This document shows, piece by piece, positions 18,501-27,399 of a stretch of DNA of 64,000 nt (position 1 is its first letter; each line of letters opens with the position of its first letter). A program made the translations under genes and the position numbers. The notes beneath the pieces are model-generated. The model was not told where the DNA came from. It saw only the letters and a program-made list of their open reading frames with translations, and searched no databases. The stretch comes from Acidobacteriota bacterium (lineage in GTDB: Bacteria; Acidobacteriota; UBA4820; DSQY01). The DNA is taken from assembly GCA_040752915.1 (NCBI GenBank), contig JBFMHB010000002.1:13967-77966 (forward strand). Direction: 5' to 3'.

Positions 18501-20234
18501 GAGGCCCGATTCGCAGTGGTCCTCCCATCCGCAAGGCCCGTTGTAGGAGCCCGACCCGCCGCAGTTCCAAACGCCGCCGGACCCCTGATTTTGCGGGGTC
18601 CACGGCGTCTGGGAGGCGTGCATCATGTAGTCCGCGTCCCGGATCCCCGAACAACCCGTGCAGGCGTCCCCGTAGCCGTCGCAGTTCCCGCTCGTGAAAG
18701 CGCCGCGGCCGGTGCAGGAATCGTGGAGCTGCAGGGTCGCGGTCCAGTCGGCGCGCGTCTCCACGGGCGGGCTGTCTCCCCCCGAACCGTCGTAGTCGTC
18801 CATGCTGTGGCCCCACTCGTGGAGCGACACCCCGGGGATCTCTCCCAGGTTCCAGCACCCCGCGGCGGCCTTGTAGAAATTCAGCGTTCCGCCCCCGGAG
18901 GTTGCGTTGCACCAGGCGTTCTGATTCACGTTCACGTTCATGTGGCTCGAGTTCAGCCAGGTGTTTCCCGGCATGTAGGTCCTGGCTTTGATATTGATGT
19001 TGGTGAGGTGGTAGTACTGGATCTTGGCCGACCACGTGTTGCCGGGACCTCCGGGATTGGGGCTGGGCACTCCGCAGTCCGTGCCCACGCTCTGGCCGTA
19101 GTCCGCGTCGCCCGTCGTGGTCGACAGGCTCGTGGACCCGCACGAGTCGTTGATCCAGGTGTATTTCCCCTGGGTGAGATCCACGGTGGCCGAATCGCCC
19201 GGGAAGAGCCCGCCCACGTCCGCGTAATCGTTGGGTGCCGGCAAATTGGTCCGGACGAAGGGAAAGGGCCGGTCGGAGGGGTTGTTGTGGTTGTCGCCCG
19301 GATAGACCACGCCGTGGACCCGGCCGTAGCGGTTGGCATCGACAAAGCGGACGATCTCCCCCGAATGGGCGTCCACGAGAGCTTCCCACATGCCCACCAC
19401 ACCGGGGCGCCGGAACGAGAGCCGGTAGCAAAGGACGTGGTCGAGGCCCGCTCCCACCTCTCCCTCGTAGCGGTTTGGATCGGCTCCCCGAGGCAGGACG
19501 GGGATCAGGAGCAGGGAGCCCGTGTCGAGAATTTCGTCCTTTTCTCTCGGGAAATCCTGGAGGTACCCGGCCAGAATCTGCCAGGCGGTCTCCAGGCTGA
19601 GGGCGGGCCGCGGGTCCGTCCGGACGGCGGCCACCTTCTCGGTGACCACCTGGATCAGGTTTCCGTTGTTGATCCGGAAACGGATGACCGCCCCCTCCAC
19701 CGGCACGCCCGCGACGACCTGCTGGAAGTTGGCGTAGGCCATGTGGCCCGCCGCCCCCAGGCCGTCCCGGATCGGCACGAACTGGGACGGATCGACCTGG
19801 AAGAGATCCCGGTGGCGCCAGAGGAATTCGAGGGCCAGGGACTCGACGGTGCCGGCGGGCAGGCACTCGGGGTCGGGGCAGGCCATGCCCCATTCCGCCG
19901 GGTCCAGATCGTTCGCCGGCCCCGGAATGAAGGGTATGGCCCCGCCTTCCAAGAGAGAGGGAACGCCGCGACGCAGGTCCATCCACGCGCGCCACTGGCC
20001 CCCCGCCTCCGCGCGCAGGGCTCGCAACCCCTCCGCCTGGGCGGCGGCGCCCTCCAGGAGATCCGCATCCGCCTGGATTTCCACCACCCGAAGCTCGGGC
20101 CGGACGGTGGTCAAATGGTCGAAGGGATGGAGCGGCTCCTTGGCCCTCTGGCTCCACGTGGCGATCGAAACCACGGCGAACCCGGCGAGAAGCGCAACGA
20201 CTGTAAGGCAGGACCGTCTGATGGTGGCGCGCAT
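15573..20234 (-). CDS. Giant secreted HExxH zinc metalloprotease 'C' (1553 aa): signal peptide, FTP/PepSY-like propeptide region, Cys-rich catalytic domain (HEWGH), Fn3 repeats, proprotein-convertase P-domain, MAM-like domain, shared C-terminal domain.
   Basis: GVSLHEWGHSMDD is an HExxH motif. TYDGDLDIYLVSPQGTQVELS...GNWGLKVVDDAGSDTGTIDSWSLSF is P-domain-like. The signal peptide is present. The peptidase family is not resolvable by eye. Confidence 0.75.
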   Translation of the reverse strand: MRATIRRSCLTVVALLAGFAVVSIATWSQRAKEPLHPFDHLTTVRPELRVVEIQADADLLEGAAAQAEGLRALRAEAGGQWRAWMDLRRGVPSLLEGGAIPFIPGPANDLDPAEWGMACPDPECLPAGTVESLALEFLWRHRDLFQVDPSQFVPIRDGLGAAGHMAYANFQQVVAGVPVEGAVIRFRINNGNLIQVVTEKVAAVRTDPRPALSLETAWQILAGYLQDFPREKDEILDTGSLLLIPVLPRGADPNRYEGEVGAGLDHVLCYRLSFRRPGVVGMWEALVDAHSGEIVRFVDANRYGRVHGVVYPGDNHNNPSDRPFPFVRTNLPAPNDYADVGGLFPGDSATVDLTQGKYTWINDSCGSTSLSTTTGDADYGQSVGTDCGVPSPNPGGPGNTWSAKIQYYHLTNINIKARTYMPGNTWLNSSHMNVNVNQNAWCNATSGGGTLNFYKAAAGCWNLGEIPGVSLHEWGHSMDDYDGSGGDSPPVETRADWTATLQLHDSCTGRGAFTSGNCDGYGDACTGCSGIRDADYMMHASQTPWTPQNQGSGGVWNCGGSGSYNGPCGWEDHCESGLSTQALWDFVNRDLPALCGLDLPTAWQLADRLFYSSMPTLGNMYTCTPPTSNGCNGGSLYSTMRAFDDDGDGTANGTPHAAAIYSSLARHGIACGSAGDATNQNQTSCPSLTVPTASVAAGSDSALLTWTSGGPNATRYFIYRNEMNCDAGFTKVATVNAPSLAYTDTTVVNGITYFYRVQAATASDSCVSAMSACATVTPMPCAGSVSLSKAVVRCTDSVGVTVVDSNVPGSPATLAVEAWSTADGSHKSFTLSNTPPGSAVYTGTVATTDSSTPGPSEVRMTDGATLTVRYVDADYCGTPNVDVDGTASGDCRAPVISDVSASVSGQNVTVTWTTDEPADSRVRYGTSVPPSSTGSDAAYGTAHSVTLSALEACRGYYYAVDSADPAGNSSSDDNGGAYYAFTTGVTSAPTYTRTETPGLAIPDANPAGVTSVLSVPDDKVIVDVNVTIHSITHTYDGDLDIYLVSPQGTQVELSTDNGGSGENFTETVLDDEASSSITGGTAPFTGTFRPEGSLSAFDGQVAAGNWGLKVVDDAGSDTGTIDSWSLSFTFPAQSCGAELAYASHLLTDACTGSGGGGGDGVWDAGEEAILAVTAENVGTSGATAVLGSLSTSTPGILVLVDSASYSDIPSGEERASDPPHFRVFADPSVSCGTSATFSLHLVSNQGAWDDTFSVMLGQPVPGSGTALDEDFGSGIPGTWTVVDGGSGGGAASTWTTSNPGGRNATAPITDPFAIVDSDEAGWGVTQDEQLITPVLDLSAATTVTLEFDHYFYRYESEVCDVDVRSSRTSGAWQNVGRWTGASTANPEHETLDLTSRAAGASDAQVRFRYYNGSYEWYWMVDNVRVTYTAPGGCAMSACVPAAAPGETAGTPATHMKWTDDSTLEWGSNTEAYHYHLYRGVLADLSALLDGGLDSCKRLDNLGLPEATGLSDDPAAAPGGVLWYLVTGWNPGGDGHPGSASAGPRHIDPTGACP
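15966..16442. repeat. Copy 2 (in gene C) of the ~480 bp near-identical cassette shared with gene B.
   Basis: See the copy 1 entry. Confidence 0.85.
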
Positions 20235-20481
20235 GAGTCCCCTCCCCGCGAGGCTGCAGGTTCAGCCAGAGAGGGCCCACACGCTATGCGGAACGAGAAT
20301 CCCACCCAGAGGCCCCCGCCCCTCGTAACCCGACAGCTCCGTATAGGATTCTGGTGCCTCCTGGCGAAGATGTCAAGTTCTTGAAACAATAGAGGTTACT
20401 CCGTTCTCAGCATCCTGTCCGGGCAGGAGGGACGCCCCCGCACGCCTGTCCCCCCCATGAAGACCGATGCGGCAAAGCCGA

Positions 20482-20507
20482 AAGGGCGGCCCCGAAAGGC
20501 CGCCCTT
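20482..20507 (-). terminator. Terminator-like hairpin downstream of gene D (perfect 10 bp stem aagggcggcc / ggccgccctt, loop ccgaaa).
   Basis: The inverted repeat was read directly. It lies 53 bp below the D stop on the minus strand. The T-tract is weak. Confidence 0.5.
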
Positions 20508-20559
20508 GCTTCCCGATTTCCGCGAACCGAGGCCCGCCTCGTTCCGCCTCCGCAACTTC

Positions 20560-23500
20560 TTACGGCATGCCGTCGCAGTAGGAATCGGCGGCGCGGGCCA
20601 CGCCTTCCGACGTGGTTCCCAGGGAGCCCTCGGCGCCCGTCCCGTTGTCGGCCGTGACGAGGAAATACAAAACCGATGGCGTGGAGGTGAGGCCCGCCTC
20701 CAGGTCCACATCGCCCACCTGGAGGAGTTCTCCCGCATCCGTCCAGGAGGACCAGAGGCATTCCTTCTTGCCGACGGAGGCGTCGGTCACCTGGAAGGCG
20801 GTGGTCACCGGCGAGGAGGACACGTAGAGCTGGTAGTGGTAGGCCCCCACGTCCTCGAACTCGAGATCCACGAGGCTCCCGTCCTTGGCGGCTTTGAGGT
20901 GGTGGGAGGCGTCGTCGGAGACCTCGGCGGGGGGCGGGCAGAGGGACCAGGTGACGGACGTGGCGGAGGCGTCCTCCGTGTAGCCCGAGCAGCCGTACCC
21001 GGTGACCCGGCAGGTGTAGGAGTGGGCGGCCGCCGAGGAGAAGACCGGGCTGTACGTGGAGCCGGTGGCCCCGGAGACGGGGACACCGTCTTCGATCCAC
21101 TGGTAGGAAAGGGGAGCCGTGCCTCCCGTGGCGGAGGCGGTGAGGGTCACCGGAACCCCCAGGCAGGGCGAAAGGGGGCCCTCGGGAGCGACCGTAACGG
21201 ACGAGGGGTTCGTGCAGGCGCATCCGTCCTTTTCGTTGATGAGGATCCGGATGTCGTCCACGTACCAGCCCTCGGTCCCCGTGCAGCCCGACCAGCACGT
21301 GTAGGTGTACACCACGAACTTGAACCGGAACTGGGTGGCCCCGGCGTAGGCGCTCAGGGGCACGGCCAGTTCGCCCCAGGTCAGGTCTCCCGCGTCGAGG
21401 TAGAAGGATTCGTTCCGGACCCAGGTCGTCCCCCCGTCGGTGGAGATCCACACCCGGGCGCGGCTGTAGCCCGGACAGGGAATGGCGGCCGCGTGCCAAA
21501 AGCGCAGTTCTTTGAGGACGGTGCCCGAGGGGACGGCGATATTGGGACTGATCCAGGATTCCTCGGGGTTCGTGTAGCAGACGTCGGGGGAGGCCTCGGG
21601 CGTGTGGTAGCTGTGGGTGGCGCTGTGGGCGCGATCGGTGGACCAGATCCAGTCCCCGTGGCCGAGGGCCGTGGTGCAGGCGCTCACGCTCCGGGCCGTG
21701 GTCCCCGCCCAGCCGTTGGGGTAAGCCTCGGCGTCGTCGGAGAAGAGGAGGTCCTTGTCGGTGGCCTTGGCGAAGGTCCCCGAAACGGGGGAGATGTTGC
21801 CGCCCGTGAGCGTGTACGAGAAGGTGATGCTCCGGTCCGCGTACCCCGCCGGATCGCAGGCCAGCGTCACCAGGAAACTGCGCTGGGCCGTGGCCCCCGA
21901 GGCGATGTCCCCGAGAAAGACGGTGGGATTGGCGAGGGTCACGGCGGAGGCCGGGATGTCGCTGTCGGCGGCCACCCCCAAGGAGAGATAGACGGCCGTG
22001 GCGGTCTGGCCCGCGCAGGAGGAGTTGAGGGCGCTCACGGTGAGGGTGACGGTCTCCCCGTTGTCGATGTACCCGTCGCCGTCGCCCGAGAGGTCCAGGA
22101 CCGTGCTTCCGGCGTAATCCACGTGGGGCCCCGACACGGACCCGTAGACGTACCCGATGCTCGAGGTCTCGGCCCCGATGCAGCGCACGTCCATCAGGCC
22201 CGAGGTGGTCTCGTTGTTGAGGGCGTTGTTGGGATCCGTCGTGGAGGTGAATTCGGAAGCCCCGTCCTCGTAGGAGAAGGCGGCCCCCGCCGTGCTCGAG
22301 TTGAGGCCGTCGGCGGTGGTCGTGTTCCACCCCTTGCGCTCCACGTTGGCGGCATACGGCGGGTCGTCGCGGAACCCGTTCACATCCCGGTGCCAGACGA
22401 GAAGGCCGAACTCGGGCAGGTAGGGCTCGTAGTAGCCCACGGGCGCGCGGTTCTCAAAGACGAACCACTCGCTGGAGTCGTTGGGGCAGACGGCCCGGTG
22501 CATGACGTTGTCCTGGGCCGCTCCCGAGAGGGCGTCGATGCGGTAGGCCCCTGGATGATGGCTTCCGCCGGAGTACAGGTCCGTCACGTCTGCGGTGAAG
22601 ATCCACCCGTAGCTGTCCGAGGCGTTCTGCAGTTCGATGTCGAACTTGAGGGGCGTCCCCATGTGAGAGGGGTTCGTGCCCGATTTGACCCCGTTGTAAG
22701 AGCCGTTGTCCATGAGGTCCCACTCGCCCGCCACGGTGGCGTCGTAGTCGTAGTCGTAGAGGTCGGGGCCGCCGAGGGTGTGGAAGCCCTCGTGGGCGTA
22801 GACCCCCACGCCGAACCACTTGTCCGTGACGGCGGGCGGGCTCACGCCGCGGTTGAGGGCCGGCTCGAATTCGGGATTGATGGAATACGTATGCCCCCGA
22901 GGGACAGACTTCCCGTCCACGGTGACGGCCGTGTCGATGTTCCACTGGTGAGACCAGATGTGATTCAGGGGATCGGTCACCCCGTCGCAAGATTCTCCGT
23001 AGTGCTCCTGGCCTTCCCTCGCGTGGATGACGAAGATCATGAGTTCGGCGTCGGAGATCGTGCCGTCGCCGTTCGTGTCGTACCGCGCGTAATCCACGTC
23101 GGGCTCGGCGGCCTTGATGGCCCATTCGATGAGATCCTTGATGTTGTTCACGCTGTCGCTGCTGCAAAACCCCATCTTGTACTTGTCCTCCCCCCAGTAG
23201 GCCATGGTCTGGGGGTTGATGTACCAGCCGTCGTTGACCACGGTGCCCGAGCCGGCCCCGTTTTGGGCCACCGTCACGTCCCACTGGAACTGTCCGTAGG
23301 AGACCTCGTCGTAGTAGTGGTTGAGGCCGCCGGGGATGGCCGGGTCCCCGAAGAGGTCCTGCCAGGCGGAGGCATCGTTGGGGCGGCCCGGGATGGGCTC
23401 GTAGCCGGGCTCGCCCGCGATGGGCGTATTCGGCCCCGTGGTGTGGCGGCTCGCCGTGTCGGCGAAGTCCACGAGGATCACGAGGACAGGGAGGCTCAGG

Positions 23501-24018
23501 GGCGTCGGGTTTACGGCCAGGGGCTCCTCGCCGGGGGCCGGGGGCAACCGGTCCGCCCGCGTTCCGAAGCCGCATTCCAGGAACCGCCGCTTCACCGACC
23601 CGTCGTTTTCCGGGCGCAGGGGGATCTTCAGGTCCGATGGGTCCATGCGGGGACGGATGTGCCGGGGCCATCCCTCGGGAACCGCGTCCCGCCCCGCCCG
23701 CAGCCGCGAGGGAGACAGGGCCTCAAGGCCCCCCGTCGCCGGATCGGCGTACACCCAGAAACCCTCCCCGTCCCGGACCAGGGTAAAGCCGTCCTCGGAT
23801 TCGAAGAAGCAGAGGCGCTCGTCCCCCACCATCCGGACCACCACCGGCGTCCCGTCGGGCTGGAACCTCACGTGGGGCTTGGGGTAGGCCTTCACGGCCC
23901 AGACCGCCACCGAGGCCGACAGGGCGCCCGCGGCCGCCGCCGCGAGCGCAAAGTTCTTCCAGGACAAGGATTCACGGAAAAAGGACCGGCCACGCTCCTT
24001 CGGACGCACGTTCCCCAT
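20560..24018 (-). CDS. Giant secreted M6-family (immune inhibitor A / InhA-like) metalloprotease 'D' (1152 aa) with Fn3 repeats and the shared C-terminal domain.
   Basis: VLVILVDFADT, YDTNGDGTISD and YAHEGFHTLGGPDLYD (HExxH) match the InhA-like M6 layout. Signal peptide or TM helix at residues ~20-45. Confidence 0.75.
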   Translation of the reverse strand: MGNVRPKERGRSFFRESLSWKNFALAAAAAGALSASVAVWAVKAYPKPHVRFQPDGTPVVVRMVGDERLCFFESEDGFTLVRDGEGFWVYADPATGGLEALSPSRLRAGRDAVPEGWPRHIRPRMDPSDLKIPLRPENDGSVKRRFLECGFGTRADRLPPAPGEEPLAVNPTPLSLPVLVILVDFADTASRHTTGPNTPIAGEPGYEPIPGRPNDASAWQDLFGDPAIPGGLNHYYDEVSYGQFQWDVTVAQNGAGSGTVVNDGWYINPQTMAYWGEDKYKMGFCSSDSVNNIKDLIEWAIKAAEPDVDYARYDTNGDGTISDAELMIFVIHAREGQEHYGESCDGVTDPLNHIWSHQWNIDTAVTVDGKSVPRGHTYSINPEFEPALNRGVSPPAVTDKWFGVGVYAHEGFHTLGGPDLYDYDYDATVAGEWDLMDNGSYNGVKSGTNPSHMGTPLKFDIELQNASDSYGWIFTADVTDLYSGGSHHPGAYRIDALSGAAQDNVMHRAVCPNDSSEWFVFENRAPVGYYEPYLPEFGLLVWHRDVNGFRDDPPYAANVERKGWNTTTADGLNSSTAGAAFSYEDGASEFTSTTDPNNALNNETTSGLMDVRCIGAETSSIGYVYGSVSGPHVDYAGSTVLDLSGDGDGYIDNGETVTLTVSALNSSCAGQTATAVYLSLGVAADSDIPASAVTLANPTVFLGDIASGATAQRSFLVTLACDPAGYADRSITFSYTLTGGNISPVSGTFAKATDKDLLFSDDAEAYPNGWAGTTARSVSACTTALGHGDWIWSTDRAHSATHSYHTPEASPDVCYTNPEESWISPNIAVPSGTVLKELRFWHAAAIPCPGYSRARVWISTDGGTTWVRNESFYLDAGDLTWGELAVPLSAYAGATQFRFKFVVYTYTCWSGCTGTEGWYVDDIRILINEKDGCACTNPSSVTVAPEGPLSPCLGVPVTLTASATGGTAPLSYQWIEDGVPVSGATGSTYSPVFSSAAAHSYTCRVTGYGCSGYTEDASATSVTWSLCPPPAEVSDDASHHLKAAKDGSLVDLEFEDVGAYHYQLYVSSSPVTTAFQVTDASVGKKECLWSSWTDAGELLQVGDVDLEAGLTSTPSVLYFLVTADNGTGAEGSLGTTSEGVARAADSYCDGMP

Positions 24019-24123
24019 GACGCCCTCCCACTTGCAGACTATTTGCGGAAGGGCCCCTGAACGTCACGGGGGATTCTCTGGCTGGGGATCGCTCCCAACG
24101 GGGGTGTGGACGCGAAGAAGAAA

Positions 24124-24149
24124 GAGGCGGGCCAAGGCCCGCCCCTTTT
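24124..24149. terminator. Bidirectional terminator-like hairpin between genes D and E (stem ggcgggcc / ggcccgcc, loop aa), flanked by T-rich runs on both strands.
   Basis: gaagaagaaagaggcgggccaaggcccgcccctttt. It lies 26-50 bp downstream of the gene E stop on the minus strand. Confidence 0.55.
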
Positions 24150-24174
24150 CTCCGGTGTTGGACCGACCAGAGCC

Positions 24175-27100
24175 CTACGGGCAGGTGCTCACCGTGCTCT
24201 TAGCGGTGAAGCCGCACTGATTGGAGGCGGCAGGGTGGCGCTCGTTCCCGGCCGAGTCCCTGCCCCATGAGCTTTCCATCACGGAGGCGTCCGAACCGAC
24301 GAGGACCCACCAGACGAAGTCCTCCCCCTCCGGGATGGCCGGGGCTGACCAGCTGTAGCTTCCCGTCGGTCCCATGCCGCAGGAGCTTCCCGAAAGGGAG
24401 TAAGAGGAAAGGCCTCCTTCCGTTCCCCAGTAGACGTTGTAGGCGGGGCTTACGCAGGTGGAGACGTCCCAAGTAAGGTCCACCGTCCTCCCGTCCTGAG
24501 ACGTCTTGGCGGCCATCATCGGTGTCCCCGTGACCCACCTCCCGTCGGGGACGGGCTTGACCGACGTGGTGCTCCCGGATGTGGAGCAGGGGGTGTTTGT
24601 CTGCACGTGCGACACGACGATTTCGTCCACGTACCAGCCCTCGTAGGTCAGGGATCCATCCGTCGAGAAATTCCATCGCACGAGGATTGTCTGGCCGTTG
24701 TAGGCCGAGAGCGTCACGCTGTACTGCGTCCAGGTGAGGTTCGTGCCCGTATAGCAGGGTAGATTGTTGTCGTATCCGCAGGCGTCGCTCGTGTTCCGAA
24801 AGGTGTCTGGATAGGCCGGCGCCGGCGTCAGTTGGGTCCAACTGGAGCCTCCGTCGCTGGACACCTCCACAACGCCGCCGTCGTAACGGCTTTCGATCTC
24901 ATAGGCCGTCCAATACGTCATGCGGGAAAGCTGACCCGCCGTGAGGGTCAGGGGAGGGGTCCGGAGCGCGCCGCAAGAGCTGTCCGCGTACCCAGAGTGG
25001 TACGCGCTGGCACCTCCGTGGACCCGCGCCGCGGTGGTGTGCCAGGTTCCGGTGAGAGTCATGGCCGGATCGCCCACCTCCGCCCCCGCCTGCCAGGTGG
25101 AGTCTCCGATGCTCCCCACGGGAACCGCGGAACGCCGAACGAGATTCGAATCCTCGACCCCATTGGCGTCATCTACGGCCCTCACGACGTAGTAGTAGGT
25201 CGTCCCGCTTACGAGGCCCATGGCATCATGAAAAGACGTCCCCAGGACCCCTGTCGCAATCATGCTCCCAGTCCCCGGAATGAAGCCCGAGTCGGTGGAT
25301 CGGTAGATGTTGAAGGTCACCTCCCCACCGCACTGGGCGGACGCCGCGCTCCATTGGAGATCCAGGGAACAGGGAGACGCCGAGCCGGAGGTAACGGCGG
25401 ACAGGCCTGCAAACATGGGGGCTAGGGTGCATACCCCCTCGGCCGTTTCCGAAGCGCAAGAACTCTGGGCCGACTGGCAACGGCCCGTCGCGTCCACACC
25501 CACCACGTGATAAGCGTACGAGGTTCCTCCCGAAACCTCAGTGTCCGTGTAGGAGGTTGACGTGAGCCCTTCGGCCAACAGGGTCCAGGCCAGCGGCGCG
25601 GGCGAGCAGGTGGAGCCCTGTGCCCGATACAGGCTGTACGTGGCGGCCGCTGGGGAACCTCCCGCCCAGGACAGGTCGATTCGGTTGTCTCCGTTGGCGA
25701 TGGCCTGGAGCGATGAGGGCGCTCCCGGGTCCTCGCATCCGCACTCGTCGAAGCGAAAGGAGGCCACCCGCGTGGCGCTGCTCCCGGACTCCATGTACTC
25801 GGAAAAGAACCAAAACGTGCACTCATCCACGGGATCAACGCCTATGCCCGCGTAGTCACCCCATCTATCGTACGTCGTCTGGGAGGAGACCCCGTCGATG
25901 ATCCGGTGTTCGTAGTAGGGCATGGTTCCCAGGGGGTCCGTGCTGAGCCGACCCGCATAATAGAGAGACGGGTAATAAGGGGTGCTGCTTCCCGTTCGGG
26001 TGTAACCCACGGCGATGTTCCCACTGCCATCCATGGCGGCGCTCGCGACGGACCGATGCACCCCCGGTTCGCCTCCGAGGGTCCCTTCCTGATACAGGTA
26101 CCAGGAGGATCCCTCCTTCCGGAGCTCGAACCACCTCACCGCCGCGTGATCCGTCCCGTCCACGTCCACCGCAAAGGCTCCAACCAGCGTTTCGTGCGAG
26201 CCGAAGTTTCTGTATTGGAGAGGGAAGTGGAGCGGCTCCCGAATGGGGTCGATGGCCTGCGTGGTTCCCGGCTGGGGCATACAGTCCCAGTTTCCCGACG
26301 TTCCGCAAAGGGTGTGATCCCAGTCCGTCATCTGGATGCTGGGTAATTGAGTGACGAAGGAATTGGCCGGTGTGGCCCAGTCCACGAAGACCTCGCGCAT
26401 TTCCATCAGGTCGCATCCCGCGCACGTACCTCCGTGGATCTCGGTGTCCACGGGGCGCAAGAAGAGGCCCCTGGCCCCGGAAGGCGGGGGATTAGGCCCC
26501 TCGTGGCCAGCGGGAAGGAAAAGCTGGAAGCCCCACCCCGCAAGGTCCGGAAGCGAGAACTTCTGCATCGTCGCCGGTTGGCCGGTCAGCATCTTGGAGC
26601 GTTCCATCGCAAAAACGTCGCGCGTCGTGGACGTGCCCGCGTTTACGCCCACAAGGTAAGCTCCGTCGTCGAAAGCCCCGTCCCCATCCTCGTCCAGAGG
26701 CCAGACACCGTACTTGGGGTAATCCGGCACGCTCGAATAACCGGCGTTGAAGGTGTAGGCGTACCATGCGCCCGTCGGGTCCGGGGTCTGGGACACGTAA
26801 ACGCAGAAGTAACTTCCCGTTCCGGAGAATTCACTGATGACCCACCGGTCGGCCAATTGGTCGTAAAGGACGATGGGGTCGCAGTACCCGTTGTTGCAGG
26901 GGGAGGTCGAGGAGAGGCTCTCCATGGTAAAAGAAGTGTCGAATACTCCGTTCTTGTCGAAGACCCATACCGTTGAGTTTGCCGCGTTCACGCCTTGAAC
27001 GACGTGATCCGGCCCGACGTCCCCCGTGCAGTCCGGGGGATAGGATCCGTAGTCCGCCCCCTCCACGTTGACGATCGGTGTGTCAAAGGCACTTGGCGCC

Positions 27101-27378
27101 GGGATGGGAGCCTGGCGCTGCCATTCCACAAGGCGGTCTTCGACGGGGGGGACCACGACCTCCGGCCCAAGAAAGCCCTGCTCGTCTCTCCGCTTCATCT
27201 CCAGTCCGTACAGACCTTCGACCGGAGCCAGGGGCGGAAGGTCCCTGACGCGGGGGCTGAGGGTGGGAAAAACCGGGCCCACCACCTGGGTTGCCCCTGC
27301 AATCCGCTCCTGCGCCCAGCCCGGCAAGACCGGTGAAACGAAGAGTATAACGAACGTCAAGATTGCCAGGCGCCTCAT
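24175..27378 (-). CDS. Giant secreted protein 'E' (1067 aa): signal peptide, ~550 aa N-terminal domain of unassigned family, Fn3 repeats, MAM-like domain (YEGWYVDEIVVS), and a shared C-terminal domain nearly identical to that of protein B.
   Basis: Signal peptide MRRLAILTFVILFVSPVLPGWAQE. C-terminal VKPVPDGRWVTGT...NQCGFTAKSTVSTCP. No HExxH motif was seen. Confidence 0.7.
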   Translation of the reverse strand: MRRLAILTFVILFVSPVLPGWAQERIAGATQVVGPVFPTLSPRVRDLPPLAPVEGLYGLEMKRRDEQGFLGPEVVVPPVEDRLVEWQRQAPIPAPSAFDTPIVNVEGADYGSYPPDCTGDVGPDHVVQGVNAANSTVWVFDKNGVFDTSFTMESLSSTSPCNNGYCDPIVLYDQLADRWVISEFSGTGSYFCVYVSQTPDPTGAWYAYTFNAGYSSVPDYPKYGVWPLDEDGDGAFDDGAYLVGVNAGTSTTRDVFAMERSKMLTGQPATMQKFSLPDLAGWGFQLFLPAGHEGPNPPPSGARGLFLRPVDTEIHGGTCAGCDLMEMREVFVDWATPANSFVTQLPSIQMTDWDHTLCGTSGNWDCMPQPGTTQAIDPIREPLHFPLQYRNFGSHETLVGAFAVDVDGTDHAAVRWFELRKEGSSWYLYQEGTLGGEPGVHRSVASAAMDGSGNIAVGYTRTGSSTPYYPSLYYAGRLSTDPLGTMPYYEHRIIDGVSSQTTYDRWGDYAGIGVDPVDECTFWFFSEYMESGSSATRVASFRFDECGCEDPGAPSSLQAIANGDNRIDLSWAGGSPAAATYSLYRAQGSTCSPAPLAWTLLAEGLTSTSYTDTEVSGGTSYAYHVVGVDATGRCQSAQSSCASETAEGVCTLAPMFAGLSAVTSGSASPCSLDLQWSAASAQCGGEVTFNIYRSTDSGFIPGTGSMIATGVLGTSFHDAMGLVSGTTYYYVVRAVDDANGVEDSNLVRRSAVPVGSIGDSTWQAGAEVGDPAMTLTGTWHTTAARVHGGASAYHSGYADSSCGALRTPPLTLTAGQLSRMTYWTAYEIESRYDGGVVEVSSDGGSSWTQLTPAPAYPDTFRNTSDACGYDNNLPCYTGTNLTWTQYSVTLSAYNGQTILVRWNFSTDGSLTYEGWYVDEIVVSHVQTNTPCSTSGSTTSVKPVPDGRWVTGTPMMAAKTSQDGRTVDLTWDVSTCVSPAYNVYWGTEGGLSSYSLSGSSCGMGPTGSYSWSAPAIPEGEDFVWWVLVGSDASVMESSWGRDSAGNERHPAASNQCGFTAKSTVSTCP

Positions 27379-27399
27379 AGGATCCTCCCCTTCCCCACT

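Noticed and set aside
16257-20384. Very long plus-strand ORF (1375 aa), and the same-strand alternative-frame ORF 16192-20280 (1362 aa), overlapping giant gene C.
   Set aside because: The translations are Arg/Gly/Pro/His-rich low-complexity sequence with no motifs, which is typical of out-of-frame reading of GC-rich coding DNA. The 15573-20234 minus frame carries signal peptide, HExxH, P-domain and Fn3 content.
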